Origin: Ignavibacteriota bacterium
GTDB lineage: Bacteria; Bacteroidota; Ignavibacteria; UBA10030; CAVZMI01
Length of the DNA: 64,000 bases
Assembly: GCA_963776275.1 (NCBI GenBank)
Contig: CAVZMI010000032.1
Coordinates: 41,704 to 105,703 of the forward strand
Reading direction: 5' to 3'
Both the position numbers and the translations under genes were made by a program. The notes under the pieces are model-generated. The model made no database searches. It was not told where the DNA came from and saw only the letters and a program-made list of their open reading frames with translations. Shown piece by piece: positions 18,975-29,764 of this stretch. Every line of letters starts with the position of its first letter. The stretch's first letter is position 1.

Positions 18975-20330
18975 ATGAGCACAGATTCAGTACGCGTGGA
19001 AGAATTGATGCTGCTTCTTACTGAAGGAATTTTACACAGGTGGTATCCATTAGTCATCGATAAGGAATGCGGGGGATATTTTACCAACGTGTCTCACGAC
19101 TGGACGTTGCCGCCGGAGCAGGAAAAAATGATAGTATCTCAGGCACGTCATGTATGGACGTTGTCGAAGGTGGCCGAATTTCTTGGAGGGAACAGGGAAT
19201 ATGAGCAGATGGCTCGTCACGGCTTTCCATTCCTTAAGAATAAAATGTGGGATGAGAAATACGGCGGTTTTTTCCAGATCCGAAGCCGGGATGGCGGTAT
19301 GTCGGATGTTCGCGGATGGCGGGATGAAAAGCGCGCGTACGGGAACGCTTTCGCTGTGTACGGCCTTGCCGCACTCTACGAGAAAACACACGATCTGGAA
19401 GTTCTAGAGTTTGTAAAGACCGCTTTTCGTTGGATCGAAGAACATGCACACGATCCGAAGCACAAAGGATATTTCCAGTTTTTCACGCGGGAGTCGAAGC
19501 CGTTTGACAAAACGTCGGAATATAAAACAATTGCTTTCGATAGCAATGAACTGGGATTTAAGGATCAGAATTCATCGATACATTTGCTGGAAGCATTTAC
19601 CCAGCTGTACGATGTCTGGAAGGATCCTCTGGTACATTCAAGGCTGCATTCGCTATTGGAGCTCATCCGGGATACAATGGTGGCAAAACAGGGTTATCTG
19701 CAATTGTTTTTCCACAATGATTGGACGCCGGTCTCTTTCCGTGACAGTTCTAAGGAAGAACGCGAAGCCAACTACGGATTGGATCATGTCTCATTTGGCC
19801 ATGATTATGAAACCGCCTTTTTAATGCTGGAAGCTTCGTACGCATTAGGATTGACCGGCGATATACGTACGCTGGTCGTCGCAAAAAAAATGCTCGATCA
19901 CGCCCTGACGTACGGCTGGGATGAAAAAGCCGGCGGGTTCTACGACGGCGGATATTACTTCAAGGGGGATGACCGCTGTACAATCATCAAGGATACAAAA
20001 AACTGGTGGGCGCAGGCTGAAGGACTGAACGCGCTGCTCTTGTTTTCAAAAATATTTCCCGACGAATCCCGCTACTATACATATGTCCTGCGCCAATGGA
20101 AGTATGTAAAATCGTACATCATCGACGGGGAAAACGGAGATTGGTTTGAAGGCGGCATAGATAAAGAGCCGCATTTCCGCACAGGAATGAAAAGCCACAT
20201 GTGGAAATGCACCTATCATACATGCCGTTCTCTTATGAACTGCATAACGATGATCATCAATAATTCCGACAAACCATTGAACAGAGTGATTGAACACTGG
20301 CGCAAGACCGCTAAGCAGTTACCAAAATAA
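18975..20330 (+). CDS. N-acylglucosamine 2-epimerase (AGE) superfamily, cellobiose/mannobiose 2-epimerase-like
   Basis: Motifs GGYFTNVSHDW, SQARHVWTLS, KRAYGNAFAVYGLAALY, NSSIHLLEAFTQLY and WWAQAEGLNALLL. Convergent with the GH130 gene. Confidence 0.8.
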   Translation: MSTDSVRVEELMLLLTEGILHRWYPLVIDKECGGYFTNVSHDWTLPPEQEKMIVSQARHVWTLSKVAEFLGGNREYEQMARHGFPFLKNKMWDEKYGGFFQIRSRDGGMSDVRGWRDEKRAYGNAFAVYGLAALYEKTHDLEVLEFVKTAFRWIEEHAHDPKHKGYFQFFTRESKPFDKTSEYKTIAFDSNELGFKDQNSSIHLLEAFTQLYDVWKDPLVHSRLHSLLELIRDTMVAKQGYLQLFFHNDWTPVSFRDSSKEEREANYGLDHVSFGHDYETAFLMLEASYALGLTGDIRTLVVAKKMLDHALTYGWDEKAGGFYDGGYYFKGDDRCTIIKDTKNWWAQAEGLNALLLFSKIFPDESRYYTYVLRQWKYVKSYIIDGENGDWFEGGIDKEPHFRTGMKSHMWKCTYHTCRSLMNCITMIINNSDKPLNRVIEHWRKTAKQLPK

Positions 20331-20368
20331 AAAAACCTGCTGACGTCAATACTCTCGACGCAGCAGGT
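20324..20368 (-). terminator. Probable intrinsic terminator for the GH130 gene
   Basis: Hairpin acctgctgacgtc-aatactctc-gacgcagcaggt (20335-20368). On the minus strand it is followed by a U-run (plus-strand aaaataaaaaaa). Confidence 0.55.
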
Positions 20369-20387
20369 CGTGAAAAAATTAAATGTA

Positions 20388-21575
20388 TTATTTTCGATGT
20401 GACAGCTCGAGATTTTTCTTTATGAGCTGAATTCGCTGTTGAACACTTGCACCAGTACGAAGTCCGTCTTCCGGCGTGGAAAGAACATAATCAAGAAGCC
20501 TATCGACCGTTGAAACAGCGACGTGCATCCTCGTATCAGATGAACCGTAATAGATAAATACGTCGCCGTTCTTGCGTTCCACCCACCCGTTACTAAAGGT
20601 GACATTCGAAACATCTCCGACCCGTTCGTCGCCCTGGGGAGCCAGAAAATATCCGCCGGGCCTTGCGATAACTTTTGCAGGGTCTCTTAAATCAGTAAGT
20701 AACATATATAATACGTAGCGCAATCCTGCGGCGGTGTTTCGAACGCCGTGCGCAAGTTGAAGCCAGCCTTTGTCTGTTTTAATCGGTGCCGGACCCAGGC
20801 CGTTTTTCACTTCCTTTATTGTATGGTATGCCCGATCATCGATAATGGTTTCATTATCGATCACGGCATTCTCGATACTATCCGACAGTCCCCACCCTAT
20901 CCCGCCGCCCGATCCGGCTTCTATGAAACCATCCTGCGGTCGTGTATAGAATGCATATTTCCCGTTAATGAACTCGGGATGAAGGACGACATTCCGCTGC
21001 TGCGGAGATTTTGTTATGAGATCCGGCAGCCGTTCCCATTTCAATAAATCTTTTGTTCTGACTATACCGCACTGGGCGATAGCAGAAGACATGTCGGTAC
21101 GGGGAACATCAAGATCCTTCCGCTCCGTACAAAACAAACCGTAGATCCAGCCATCCTCGTGCCCGACTAGGCGCATGTCGTAGACATTAATATCGGGATC
21201 CGAAGTCTCCGGGATCTGGATGGGATAATCCCAGAAGCGGAAATTGTCCACACCATTGGAAGATTCTGCAATGGCAAAAAAGGATTTGCGATCCACACCT
21301 TCAACGCGCACCATCAATAAAATTTTTCCCTTATATTCAATAGCGCCGGAATTGAATGTTGCATTCACCCCCAGGCGTTCCATCAGATACGGATTGGTTT
21401 TGTAATTCAGGTCATATCGCCAGAAAAGCGGCGTATGTTCGGCAGTGAGTACCGGATTCGCATACCGTTGATAAACACCGTTTCCTTTCCCTAATTTTCT
21501 ATTCTTTTTTGTGATGAGACGTTTGTGCTCTGCAAGGAGCCGTTTCAACTGCCGGTTGAATTCTTCTTTTTTCAT
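20388..21575 (-). CDS. GH130 4-O-beta-D-mannosyl-D-glucose phosphorylase-like
   Basis: 395 aa. Long stretches match remembered Bacteroides fragilis MGP sequence: [117 protein letters not shown] and [15 protein letters not shown]. Confidence 0.92.
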   Translation of the reverse strand: MKKEEFNRQLKRLLAEHKRLITKKNRKLGKGNGVYQRYANPVLTAEHTPLFWRYDLNYKTNPYLMERLGVNATFNSGAIEYKGKILLMVRVEGVDRKSFFAIAESSNGVDNFRFWDYPIQIPETSDPDINVYDMRLVGHEDGWIYGLFCTERKDLDVPRTDMSSAIAQCGIVRTKDLLKWERLPDLITKSPQQRNVVLHPEFINGKYAFYTRPQDGFIEAGSGGGIGWGLSDSIENAVIDNETIIDDRAYHTIKEVKNGLGPAPIKTDKGWLQLAHGVRNTAAGLRYVLYMLLTDLRDPAKVIARPGGYFLAPQGDERVGDVSNVTFSNGWVERKNGDVFIYYGSSDTRMHVAVSTVDRLLDYVLSTPEDGLRTGASVQQRIQLIKKNLELSHRK

Positions 21576-21741
21576 TCTATCCTTTCCTTTTTATTATCCT
21601 TAAATATACTACAAGGTTTCAGAAATATCAAATTGATGAAATGAATAATCATAGAGCCCGGGTCTTTTTCTTATCGTTAAGTTTTATTATCTTATACAGA
21701 CACAATTGTCTAAGGAACACACTTCGGAAAGGCACACAGAA

Positions 21742-23799
21742 ATGATACTTCCATCACGCTCGTACTTGAAAACTATCTTATGTGGGTGTGTTATGATTCT
21801 GACAACAACTGTATGCGTTGTCCCTTCGTTATCCCAACAATCAACTTTCCAACTTGCTCCGCTTTTTACAGATAATATGGTTCTACAACAGCAACGGCAT
21901 GTGCCTCTATGGGGAAAAGGCATTCCGGGAACCTCAGTCGTTATTCGGGCATCATGGGGAAGACAGGCGACCGCAACCGTCATGGGGGACGGCGCGTGGT
22001 CGGTGAAACTCCCGACTCCAAAAGCAGGTGAACCATTCCAAATATCCTTTATTCACGATACATCGACGACGGTATTACGAAATGTTCTAACAGGCGAAGT
22101 ATGGCTCTGTTCAGGTCAATCGAATATGGAAATGCCGTTGGAAGGCTGGCCTCCGGCAGATACGATCGCGAATTCCTCCAGTGAAATTGCACAAGCTCAA
22201 TTCCCTTCCATACGTCTATTCTCGGTTAAGCGTGCCAACGAAGCAGAACCGAGCGATATTTGTGAGGGAAGGTGGCAGGAATGTTCGCCCAACACCGTGC
22301 GCAGTTTCGGCGCAGTGGCGTATTTCTTTGGCCGGATGCTGCATCAGAATCTCAAGATACCGATTGGTCTTATCAATACAAGTTATGGAGGCACTCCGAT
22401 AGAGGCATGGATGAGCAGGGAAGCACTGCAATCATTCCAGGAATTTACCGAAAAGTTGAAAAGGTTGGATGAAAACAAAGACGGTATGCGGTTGCAGAAA
22501 CAGTGGATCACTCATCACGCCGGTATTAAGATTCGTGAAGGCGACCCATTGCATAAATGGGAAGGATTGAAATTCCAGGATGATAATTGCGCTGCGCGTG
22601 AGTACGACGACAGTACATGGAATGAAATGAAGCTGCCGACGCTGTGGGAACAGACATCGCTCGGCAACTTTGACGGAGCCATATGGTTCCGGAAAAAAAT
22701 CGCGATCCCATCGGCCTGGATAGGAAAGGATCTCGTTCTTAAACTCGGTCCAATTGACGATATGGATGAAACCTTCGTCAACGGTCGGCCCGTTGGTAAT
22801 TATCTCAGCGAAGATTTCTGGAAAATCGACCGTGCGTACAAAATTTCAGGGTCGATTATCCGTGATTCCCTTCTACAGATTGCAGTTCGAGTCATTGATA
22901 CACAGGGCGGCGGCGGGATCTGGGGAGATGCAAAGAACATGCAGGTGTATCAGGATAGCAGCAGCACCCGGATATCACTTGCAGGAAACTGGAAGTATCT
23001 ACCTGTGGCAGAGTACCGCGCGAATACCTTCTATATGTTCGGAGCAGCGGGGAAAGAATTCTACAACCGGCCCAAGCTCACAATCGACTTTTCAGCAAAG
23101 ACACCGACGGCGCTCTACAATGGAATGCTCCATCCGCTCATTCCGTTTGCGATCAAAGGCGTAATATGGTACCAGGGGGAAGAGAATACAGGACAACCGG
23201 CGCTTTACAAAAAGCTATTTCCGGCAATGATAAACGACTGGCGCTCGGCATTTTCATGCGGCGATTTTCCATTCTATTTCGTACAGCTTGCACCCTGGGA
23301 TTATGGAATTGTGACGAAATCCCAGCTCCTTCGGGAAGCGCAATTGCAGACTCTCTCGGTAAAGAATACGGGAATGGTCGTTACACTCGATATTGGCAAT
23401 CCGAATAATATTCATCCTGCCAATAAACAGGATGTCGGTAAGCGGCTTGCTCTCTGGGCGCTCTCGAAAACGTACGGCAGGAAAATCGCATACTCCGGTC
23501 GTATCTATAAGTCGATGAAAATACAGAGGGGCAGAATCATTCTTTCGTTCCAGTATGCTGAGAAAGGATTGGTTTTGAAGAATCTTAAGGCCGGAAATAA
23601 ATTCCAGATTGCCGGCAACGATATGCGGTTCAAAGATGCGGACGTAAAAATTCAGGGAAACAAACTCGTCGTCTCACATCCTGAAATTCTTAGTCCGAAG
23701 GCCGTGCGCTACGCATTCCACAACACAGACGAAGCGACACTCTTTAACAAGGAGGGGCTGCCTGCATCGTCATTCAGGACAGACGACTGGGAGAAATAG
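21742..23799 (+). CDS. Sialate O-acetylesterase (SASA/DUF303) family carbohydrate acetylesterase
   Basis: ORF 21706..23799; the probable start is MILPSRS.. (21742), preceding a signal peptide. Contains GEVWLCSGQSNMEMPL, TSYGGTPIEAWM and VIWYQGEEN. Confidence 0.85.
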   Translation: MILPSRSYLKTILCGCVMILTTTVCVVPSLSQQSTFQLAPLFTDNMVLQQQRHVPLWGKGIPGTSVVIRASWGRQATATVMGDGAWSVKLPTPKAGEPFQISFIHDTSTTVLRNVLTGEVWLCSGQSNMEMPLEGWPPADTIANSSSEIAQAQFPSIRLFSVKRANEAEPSDICEGRWQECSPNTVRSFGAVAYFFGRMLHQNLKIPIGLINTSYGGTPIEAWMSREALQSFQEFTEKLKRLDENKDGMRLQKQWITHHAGIKIREGDPLHKWEGLKFQDDNCAAREYDDSTWNEMKLPTLWEQTSLGNFDGAIWFRKKIAIPSAWIGKDLVLKLGPIDDMDETFVNGRPVGNYLSEDFWKIDRAYKISGSIIRDSLLQIAVRVIDTQGGGGIWGDAKNMQVYQDSSSTRISLAGNWKYLPVAEYRANTFYMFGAAGKEFYNRPKLTIDFSAKTPTALYNGMLHPLIPFAIKGVIWYQGEENTGQPALYKKLFPAMINDWRSAFSCGDFPFYFVQLAPWDYGIVTKSQLLREAQLQTLSVKNTGMVVTLDIGNPNNIHPANKQDVGKRLALWALSKTYGRKIAYSGRIYKSMKIQRGRIILSFQYAEKGLVLKNLKAGNKFQIAGNDMRFKDADVKIQGNKLVVSHPEILSPKAVRYAFHNTDEATLFNKEGLPASSFRTDDWEK

Positions 23800-23908
23800 C
23801 ATCATAATCATTTAAATTGCTTTTTCTAAGGAAAAAGTAAAAATTAAAAAGTGTAAAATAAAAATATTTTTAAGTGCCAGGTAGTACTTTTTACTTTTTC
23901 ATTCCCGT

Positions 23909-23946
23909 CCTGAGCGAGTCCCGATTTTATCGGGACGAGTCGAAGG
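23909..23946. repeat. Hairpin unit of the dispersed repeat family (inverse orientation of the 54188 copy)
   Basis: cctgagcgaGTCCCGATtttATCGGGACgagtcgaagg is the reverse complement pattern of ttcgactcGTCCCAAC..GTTGGGACtcgctcag at 54191-54227. Confidence 0.5.
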
Positions 23947-24000
23947 ATTTACTTTTTAATTTATTTTTCTACGCTGGAGGTCTTCGTGCTCTTTGTTCGA

Positions 24001-25818
24001 ATGATCGGTTCTCTCTCCATCCTTTTTCTTTGTATAGCAACTCTCTTCGCTGCAGGGCACCTCAAAAGATCCAGAAGAACATCATGATCGACCAGTTCGG
24101 TTACAGACCTGATGATCAAAAAATTGCAGTGGTTGTCGATCCTAAAATTGGCGGTAATTCAAACGAGAATTTTAATCCGGGTTCGACATACGAAGTACGT
24201 ACCTGGGATGATGACAAGGTTGTTTTTACAGGGAATCCTGTGGAATGGAATAACGGCGCCATAGACTTTTCATCCGGAGATAAAGGATGGTGGTTTGATT
24301 TCTCCCGGCTGGACAAGGAGGGTGAATATTATATCTTTGATAAAGAACAAAACGTGGGTTCTTATAAATTCGAAATATCGAAAAATGTTTATAAGAATAT
24401 TTTGAAAGCTGCGATGCACGTATTCTACTATCAACGGTTAAACGATCCTAAAAAGAAACCATACGCCGAGGAACCCTGGACAGACGACGCCGCTTTTATT
24501 GGCCCTGGCCAGGACAGAGAAGCGTTGTATGTTAACGATAAACAAAATAAGTCTCTTGCAAAGGATCTTTCCGGAGGATGGATGGATGCCGGAGACTATA
24601 ATAAATACGTCACCTTCGCGGATAATCCTATCCATCTGCTTCTAATGGCTTATACTCAAAAACCAAAAATATTTACAGACGATTACAATATACCTGAGTC
24701 AGGTAATGGAGTACCGGATATTATTGATGAAATCAAATATGAACTCGACTGGCTTAAAAAAATGCAGGAAGATGACGGAGGCGTGTTGATAAAAATGGGG
24801 AATATCGATTTTAACATTTCCTCTCCCCCAAGTACTGATAGACGCCCCAGATACTACGGACCGAAGTGTTCATCATCGACTATTGCAGCAGCCGGAATGT
24901 TTGCACATGCCGCGATCGTATTTTCGGATTTCCCCACGTTAACGGAATATGCAAAAGATTTAGGAAAAAGAGCCGTGAAGGCCTGGGAATGGTATAAAAG
25001 TAATCCGCGTTCTGATTCATGCGACGATGGAACAATTGAATCGGGGGATGCGGATTATAGCCTGGACATGCAGGATGGAATGGAAGTCGTATCCGCGATC
25101 TATTTGTTTGCACTTACCGGAAAATCAAAATATAATAACGTCGTCAAGAATAATTTTTACGCCGCTTCTCCATTCTATGACTCGCATCTCTCCCTTTATT
25201 TTAGCCACCAGGAAGATGCATTACTCTATTACACAACTCTCTCCGACGCTGACGAAGATGTAAAAAAGGCGATTCTGTCTCATCGTGCAAAACAAGGAAT
25301 GGGAATGGAGTTGTATCGGTATCAACAGGCGGACGATTTGTATATGGCATATTTGCCGAGGGCTCTATATAATTGGGGATCGAATAGTCTGCGTGCTGCA
25401 CTTGGCAGCGCAAATTATGATTTCATTATATACAATCTTAACAGCGGGAATAAGACCGTCTATCTGAATAGGGCATTGGGAATTCTTCATTATTTTCACG
25501 GAGTTAATCCGCTGGGAATCGTTTACTTAAGCAACATGTACAACTATGGCGCCGATTATTGTGCCGATCAAATATGGCACGATTGGTTTAGGGATGGATT
25601 GAAGCTGGGCCTGAAATCTCCGCCGGGCTTCGTCCCCGGTGAAGCCTAATTGTATGTATGGCGGCAGCTTGAAATATTTATCCGTGCAGCCTCTACAAAA
25701 GTGCTATTTAAATTGGAATAACGGCTATCCGGAAAACTCCTGGGAAATTACGGAACCTGCAATTTATTACCAGGCCTCTTATATTAAACTACTTTCAAAG
25801 TTTGTCAATTCTGAATAA
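24001..25818 (+). pseudogene. GH9 endoglucanase with N-terminal Ig-like domain; two 1-nt frame disruptions
   Basis: The core ORF has IMIDQFGYRPDDQKIAVV (CelD_N-like) and GGWMDAGDYNKYV (GH9). A signal peptide MIGSLSILFLCIATLFAAG is in another frame starting at 24001 (shift at GGG 24055-24057). The C-terminus (..[38 protein letters not shown]) is in another frame after CCCC 25634-25637 and ends at 25818, overlapping the next start as TAATG. Confidence 0.8.
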
Positions 25819-26660
25819 TGCATTCTATACTGGAAAGTACACTTGAGACTATTGAGATCGCTTCAGCGGATCGACGCGTCATCTATACTACCCGCGATCA
25901 CATCGAGGCGCCCAACTGGTCACGCGATGGAACATACTTTCTCTTCAACAGCAACGGCCTGATATACAGACTGGCAGTTACCGGCGGAACCCCTCAATTG
26001 CTCGACACCGGATTTGCCACGCATTGCAACAACGATCATGGCATCTCGCCCGACGGCAAGCAGCTGGTTATCAGCGACCAAACCGGCGATAATAAGTCGC
26101 GTATTTATCTCCTGCCAATTGACGGCGGAACCCCACGCCTCGTCACTCTGCTCGGTCCCTCCTACTGGCATGGATGGTCGCCGGACTGCAAAACCTTGGC
26201 ATACTGCGGCGAACGCAACGGCGAGTACGACATCTACACGATTTCCACCGATGGCGGCAAAGAGAAACAATTGACTAACGCTCCCGGTATCAACGATGGA
26301 CCCGATTATACGCCCGACGGCCAGTATATCTATTTCAACTCTGAGCGAACCGGCTCGATGCAAATCTGGCGCATGAAAACCGACGGCGGCTCTCAGGAAC
26401 AGATCACAGCCGACGAATACAACAACTGGTTTGCCCATCCATCGCCCGACGGCAAATGGATGGTTTTTTTATCATATGAAAAAGATATAAAGGGACATCC
26501 TGCGAATAAAAATGTAATGCTTCGTCTCATGGCTTTAGATGGAGGCAAGATTCAAACATTGGCCACACTCTTCGGCGGGCAGGGCACGATCAACGTACCG
26601 TCATGGTCACCCGACAGTCGAAATCTGGCTTTCGTAAGTTATAGATTAATCGATCAATAG
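25818..26660 (+). CDS. TolB-like PD40 (WD40-like) beta-propeller protein
   Basis: Repeated PD40 motifs: [76 protein letters not shown] and [13 protein letters not shown]. Confidence 0.8.
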   Translation: MHSILESTLETIEIASADRRVIYTTRDHIEAPNWSRDGTYFLFNSNGLIYRLAVTGGTPQLLDTGFATHCNNDHGISPDGKQLVISDQTGDNKSRIYLLPIDGGTPRLVTLLGPSYWHGWSPDCKTLAYCGERNGEYDIYTISTDGGKEKQLTNAPGINDGPDYTPDGQYIYFNSERTGSMQIWRMKTDGGSQEQITADEYNNWFAHPSPDGKWMVFLSYEKDIKGHPANKNVMLRLMALDGGKIQTLATLFGGQGTINVPSWSPDSRNLAFVSYRLIDQ

Positions 26661-26671
26661 GATATTAACAG

Positions 26672-27400
26672 ATGACGAAAAATAAAGTCGCAATAATCAC
26701 AGGAGCCAGTCGCGGAATAGGCCGGGAGGTTGCCATAGGTCTTGCCAGAGACGGTTATAGTGTGGTTTTAGTAGCACGTTCAAAAGGCGATTTAAAGAAG
26801 GTGTTGGACAAAATTAACACCGAACCCGTCAAAGGTGCATCTACTGCCATACACATGATGTATGCTGTTGATGTAGCTGATGCTCAGTGTATTAAAAAAA
26901 TAGTCAGAGACTCCGTAAAGAAATATGGCCATATCGATGTATTAATCAACAATGCCGGAGCATATTTCAGAGGAACATACAGCGTAACTCTCAAAGAACT
27001 TGAGTATATGCTTCGGGTCAATCTTATTGCCCCATTTGCCTTTATGCAGGAAGTAATACCGATAATGAAAGATCAAAAAGACGGCTATATCATCAATATA
27101 GCCTCGCGGGCAGGAAAGATAGGTTTTTCAGATGAGGGCGCTTATGCTGCCAGTAAATTCGGACTGGTGGGGTTGAATGAATCGGTTTATAGAGAACTGT
27201 CGACATACGGAATAAGAGTAACTGCTATTTGTCCGGGGTGAACCAATACCAAAATGGCACAAAAAGGAGAACCACCAATCGCCGGCACGGAAATGATACA
27301 GCCGTCGGATATTTTAAAAACCATTCGTTGGTTGTTGAGCGTTTCGCCGTCGGTAAGAATTCGGGAATTGGTCATGGAATGTAAAGAAAGCATTTGTTAA
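26672..27400 (+). pseudogene. Short-chain dehydrogenase/reductase (classical SDR) interrupted by an in-frame TGA
   Basis: Contains TGASRGIGREVA, NNAG and YAASKFGLVG. TGA at 27239-27241 falls where SDRs have CPGW. The same frame continues TNTKMAQKGEPPIAGTEMIQPSDILKTIRWLLSVSPSVRIRELVMECKESIC* to 27400. Confidence 0.8.
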
Positions 27401-27464
27401 TCATAAGAAGATATGCACTATACCAAATCGATAACTATCATCCAGTAACTCTGAGGATAAAAAA

Positions 27465-28109
27465 TTGAAGACTCTAATCTCGCTCATGACTTTTTTCACT
27501 GTTATTAATACTTCATCTTCCAATGCTCAATTAATACGGACTTACGGCTTCAAGGCCGGATTTATTAAAGCAGAGCAGCAATGGGACTATTCTCCACAAT
27601 CCGGTATACATGCATCCGGGATCGGTCTAATATGGGGATTTGACGGAGGTGCCTTTATTGAATTATTCAATTTCCAAAATTTCAGTTTACTTACCGAACT
27701 TCATTATATTCAAAAAGGAAGGACTGTTACTGTAATTGCGACTGCGGCTGCCGACAATCCACAGGGTTACATCGATCTTGGCCCGGAAGAAATCAAACAG
27801 AGATTTGAATATATTAGCATCCCTGTCCTTGCTAAATTGCGCATCGAAAACGATATGGTGACTCCGTATATTGCTCTCGGACCACGCCTCGAGTACCTGG
27901 TTGCACATCCTCCCTCACCCGTCTATGATAAGTTTAATAAAATTGAGCTCGCCGTCACTGGTGCCGCGGGGGTGGAGTTGTATTTCGGATTCACCCCGAA
28001 GTTCTTGTTTGAGGTCAATTACAGTCTAGACTTAACCAATAGTTACAAGAACGAGAATGTTACAGTGAACAATCGCTCAATATCATTCCTTTTTGGTGCG
28101 GAATTTTAA
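27465..28109 (+). CDS. Outer-membrane beta-barrel protein (OmpA-beta/PorT-like barrel family)
   Basis: TTG start and signal peptide. Shows alternating hydrophobic beta-strand pattern and a C-terminal ..FLFGAEF. Confidence 0.6.
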   Translation: MKTLISLMTFFTVINTSSSNAQLIRTYGFKAGFIKAEQQWDYSPQSGIHASGIGLIWGFDGGAFIELFNFQNFSLLTELHYIQKGRTVTVIATAAADNPQGYIDLGPEEIKQRFEYISIPVLAKLRIENDMVTPYIALGPRLEYLVAHPPSPVYDKFNKIELAVTGAAGVELYFGFTPKFLFEVNYSLDLTNSYKNENVTVNNRSISFLFGAEF

Positions 28110-28170
28110 TATCATCTGTTTAATGCCGACTCAATAATCATAGTAACTATACTGAAGGAGAACAGATCCA

Positions 28171-29562
28171 ATGGAGACCAAAGCAAGGTTGTCTGTGTTT
28201 CAGAAATTTTACTGGGGACTCGGAGGTTTCGCTGAAAATCTTGCCAATAATGCGCTTCTCTCTCTCATCTACCCGATTTTTGCTGTCGGCATGGGAATCA
28301 GCCCTTTCTTTATCGGCCTCGCGCTGACCGGTTCGCGTATCGTCGAGGTGATCACAGACCCTATGATCGGAAATCTATCCGACAATACGAAATCACGATG
28401 GGGACGCAGAAGACCCTGGATTTTCATCGGCTCGATCCTGATGTCGATTCTCTTCGTCGCGATCTGGTTCACCCCGCGTCCCGATGGCGGATCATTTCCG
28501 ATCGTCTATCTCATCGCGATGTGTTCTCTGTTCTACTTCGCATTCACCGTCTGGAATATCCCGTACAGCGGTCTAGGACTCGAGCTGGAGACCGATTACG
28601 ATGAACGGACAAAACTTATGATCTACCGCGTAACCCCTTCATTCATCGTGGGTATCGCGATCGGATCGCTCTATAAACTGACGCTAATGAGAGATGTGTG
28701 GGGAGGAGACGAGATCATCGGAGCCAGATACGTCTGTACCATTATCGGTGTCCTGATGCTGATCACCGGAATTATTCCGTCTCTCTTCTGTAAAGAACGC
28801 TACACTCTGCCGACCAAGCATGAAAAATTAAGCATCTGGCGCGCGATGGGGCTGACATTCAAAGATAAATCATTTCAATTGCTCATCGGCTCGGCCTTCT
28901 TCGTCTTTGTTGGCTTATTCTTCATGATACCTCTGCTCACCTACATATCGCTCTACTACGTCTGCCACGGAAGCAAAGAGTTGATGGCAACTATCGGAAT
29001 GTATACCGCATTCGTCCAGGCAACAACACAGATACTGAGCATGATCGCCATCGGTGCCATCGCAAAACATTTCGATAAGAAAATCGTGCTTATTGCCGGG
29101 CTTATCATCGGTATCATCGGTTATGTCTCAGGCTGGTTCCTGTTCACACCGGATGCTCCATACCTGACCATTATTCCTCCAGTCATCATCAATATCGGAC
29201 TCTGCGCATGCTGGGTGCTTAATGGCTCGTTCAATGCCGATATCTGCGATTACGATGAGCTGAAGACCGGCCGCCGCCGCGAAGGGATGTTCAGCGCTGT
29301 CTTCGCCTTCCTTACAAAACTAGCTATCGCATTCGTTTCTGCGGTCAGTTCATGGGTTCTCGTAAAGCTTGGATTCGAAGGACAGGATATTCACCCAACC
29401 ATCGAACAACTGTTCACACTACGGTGGATCTACATCGCCATTCCGGTTGGTGCCATGGTTGCGGCGATCCTCTGCATGTGGAAATATCCTCTTACGAAGC
29501 AGCGAGTGGTTGAAATTCAGGAGCAGTTAAAACAAAAAAGAGTTGAAATGGCGGTGCAATAA
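28171..29562 (+). CDS. GPH-family (MFS_2) glycoside/cation symporter
   Basis: 463 aa with 12 predicted hydrophobic segments. Carries the GPH signature DPMIGNLSDNTKSRWGRRRPWIFIGS. Confidence 0.85.
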   Translation: METKARLSVFQKFYWGLGGFAENLANNALLSLIYPIFAVGMGISPFFIGLALTGSRIVEVITDPMIGNLSDNTKSRWGRRRPWIFIGSILMSILFVAIWFTPRPDGGSFPIVYLIAMCSLFYFAFTVWNIPYSGLGLELETDYDERTKLMIYRVTPSFIVGIAIGSLYKLTLMRDVWGGDEIIGARYVCTIIGVLMLITGIIPSLFCKERYTLPTKHEKLSIWRAMGLTFKDKSFQLLIGSAFFVFVGLFFMIPLLTYISLYYVCHGSKELMATIGMYTAFVQATTQILSMIAIGAIAKHFDKKIVLIAGLIIGIIGYVSGWFLFTPDAPYLTIIPPVIINIGLCACWVLNGSFNADICDYDELKTGRRREGMFSAVFAFLTKLAIAFVSAVSSWVLVKLGFEGQDIHPTIEQLFTLRWIYIAIPVGAMVAAILCMWKYPLTKQRVVEIQEQLKQKRVEMAVQ

Positions 29563-29764
29563 TAATCTCATAACGATTACCGTCTAAACATTTTTTTTCT
29601 CTTAATAATCCCGCTGATCTTGCGTACTCCGTACGAAGTCTTTTCGTGTAAAAGATATTGAGACAGCGGGATGGAACCTACCCCAATGGCTGTCGGGGAA
29701 TCTCGAAAATAAATAGGGACAGGTTAAGTATTTGGAATAGTAACATCATATAAAAGGAAAAAAT

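Noticed and set aside
25920-26438. 172-aa antisense ORF inside the PD40 propeller gene
   Set aside because: It is the opposite strand of a well-supported, GC-rich CDS. Its translation is low-complexity (A/V/G/R-rich) with no motif.
27239-27241. TGA recoding (genetic code 4/25 or selenocysteine) suggested by the in-frame TGA in the SDR
   Set aside because: TGA terminates other genes at their natural ends, for example after the LLK end of a T9SS CTD at 5845-5847, and at 16666-16668 and 45754-45756. The position corresponds to a conserved Trp, not Cys/Sec. No other in-frame TGA was seen.
29618-29680. Inverted repeat atcccgctg...cagcgggat after the GPH symporter gene as a possible regulatory RNA
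   Set aside because: It is a single 9-bp stem with a long, weakly structured loop and no U-tract or conserved motif. At best it is a weak terminator or mRNA stabiliser, and the evidence is too thin to call.
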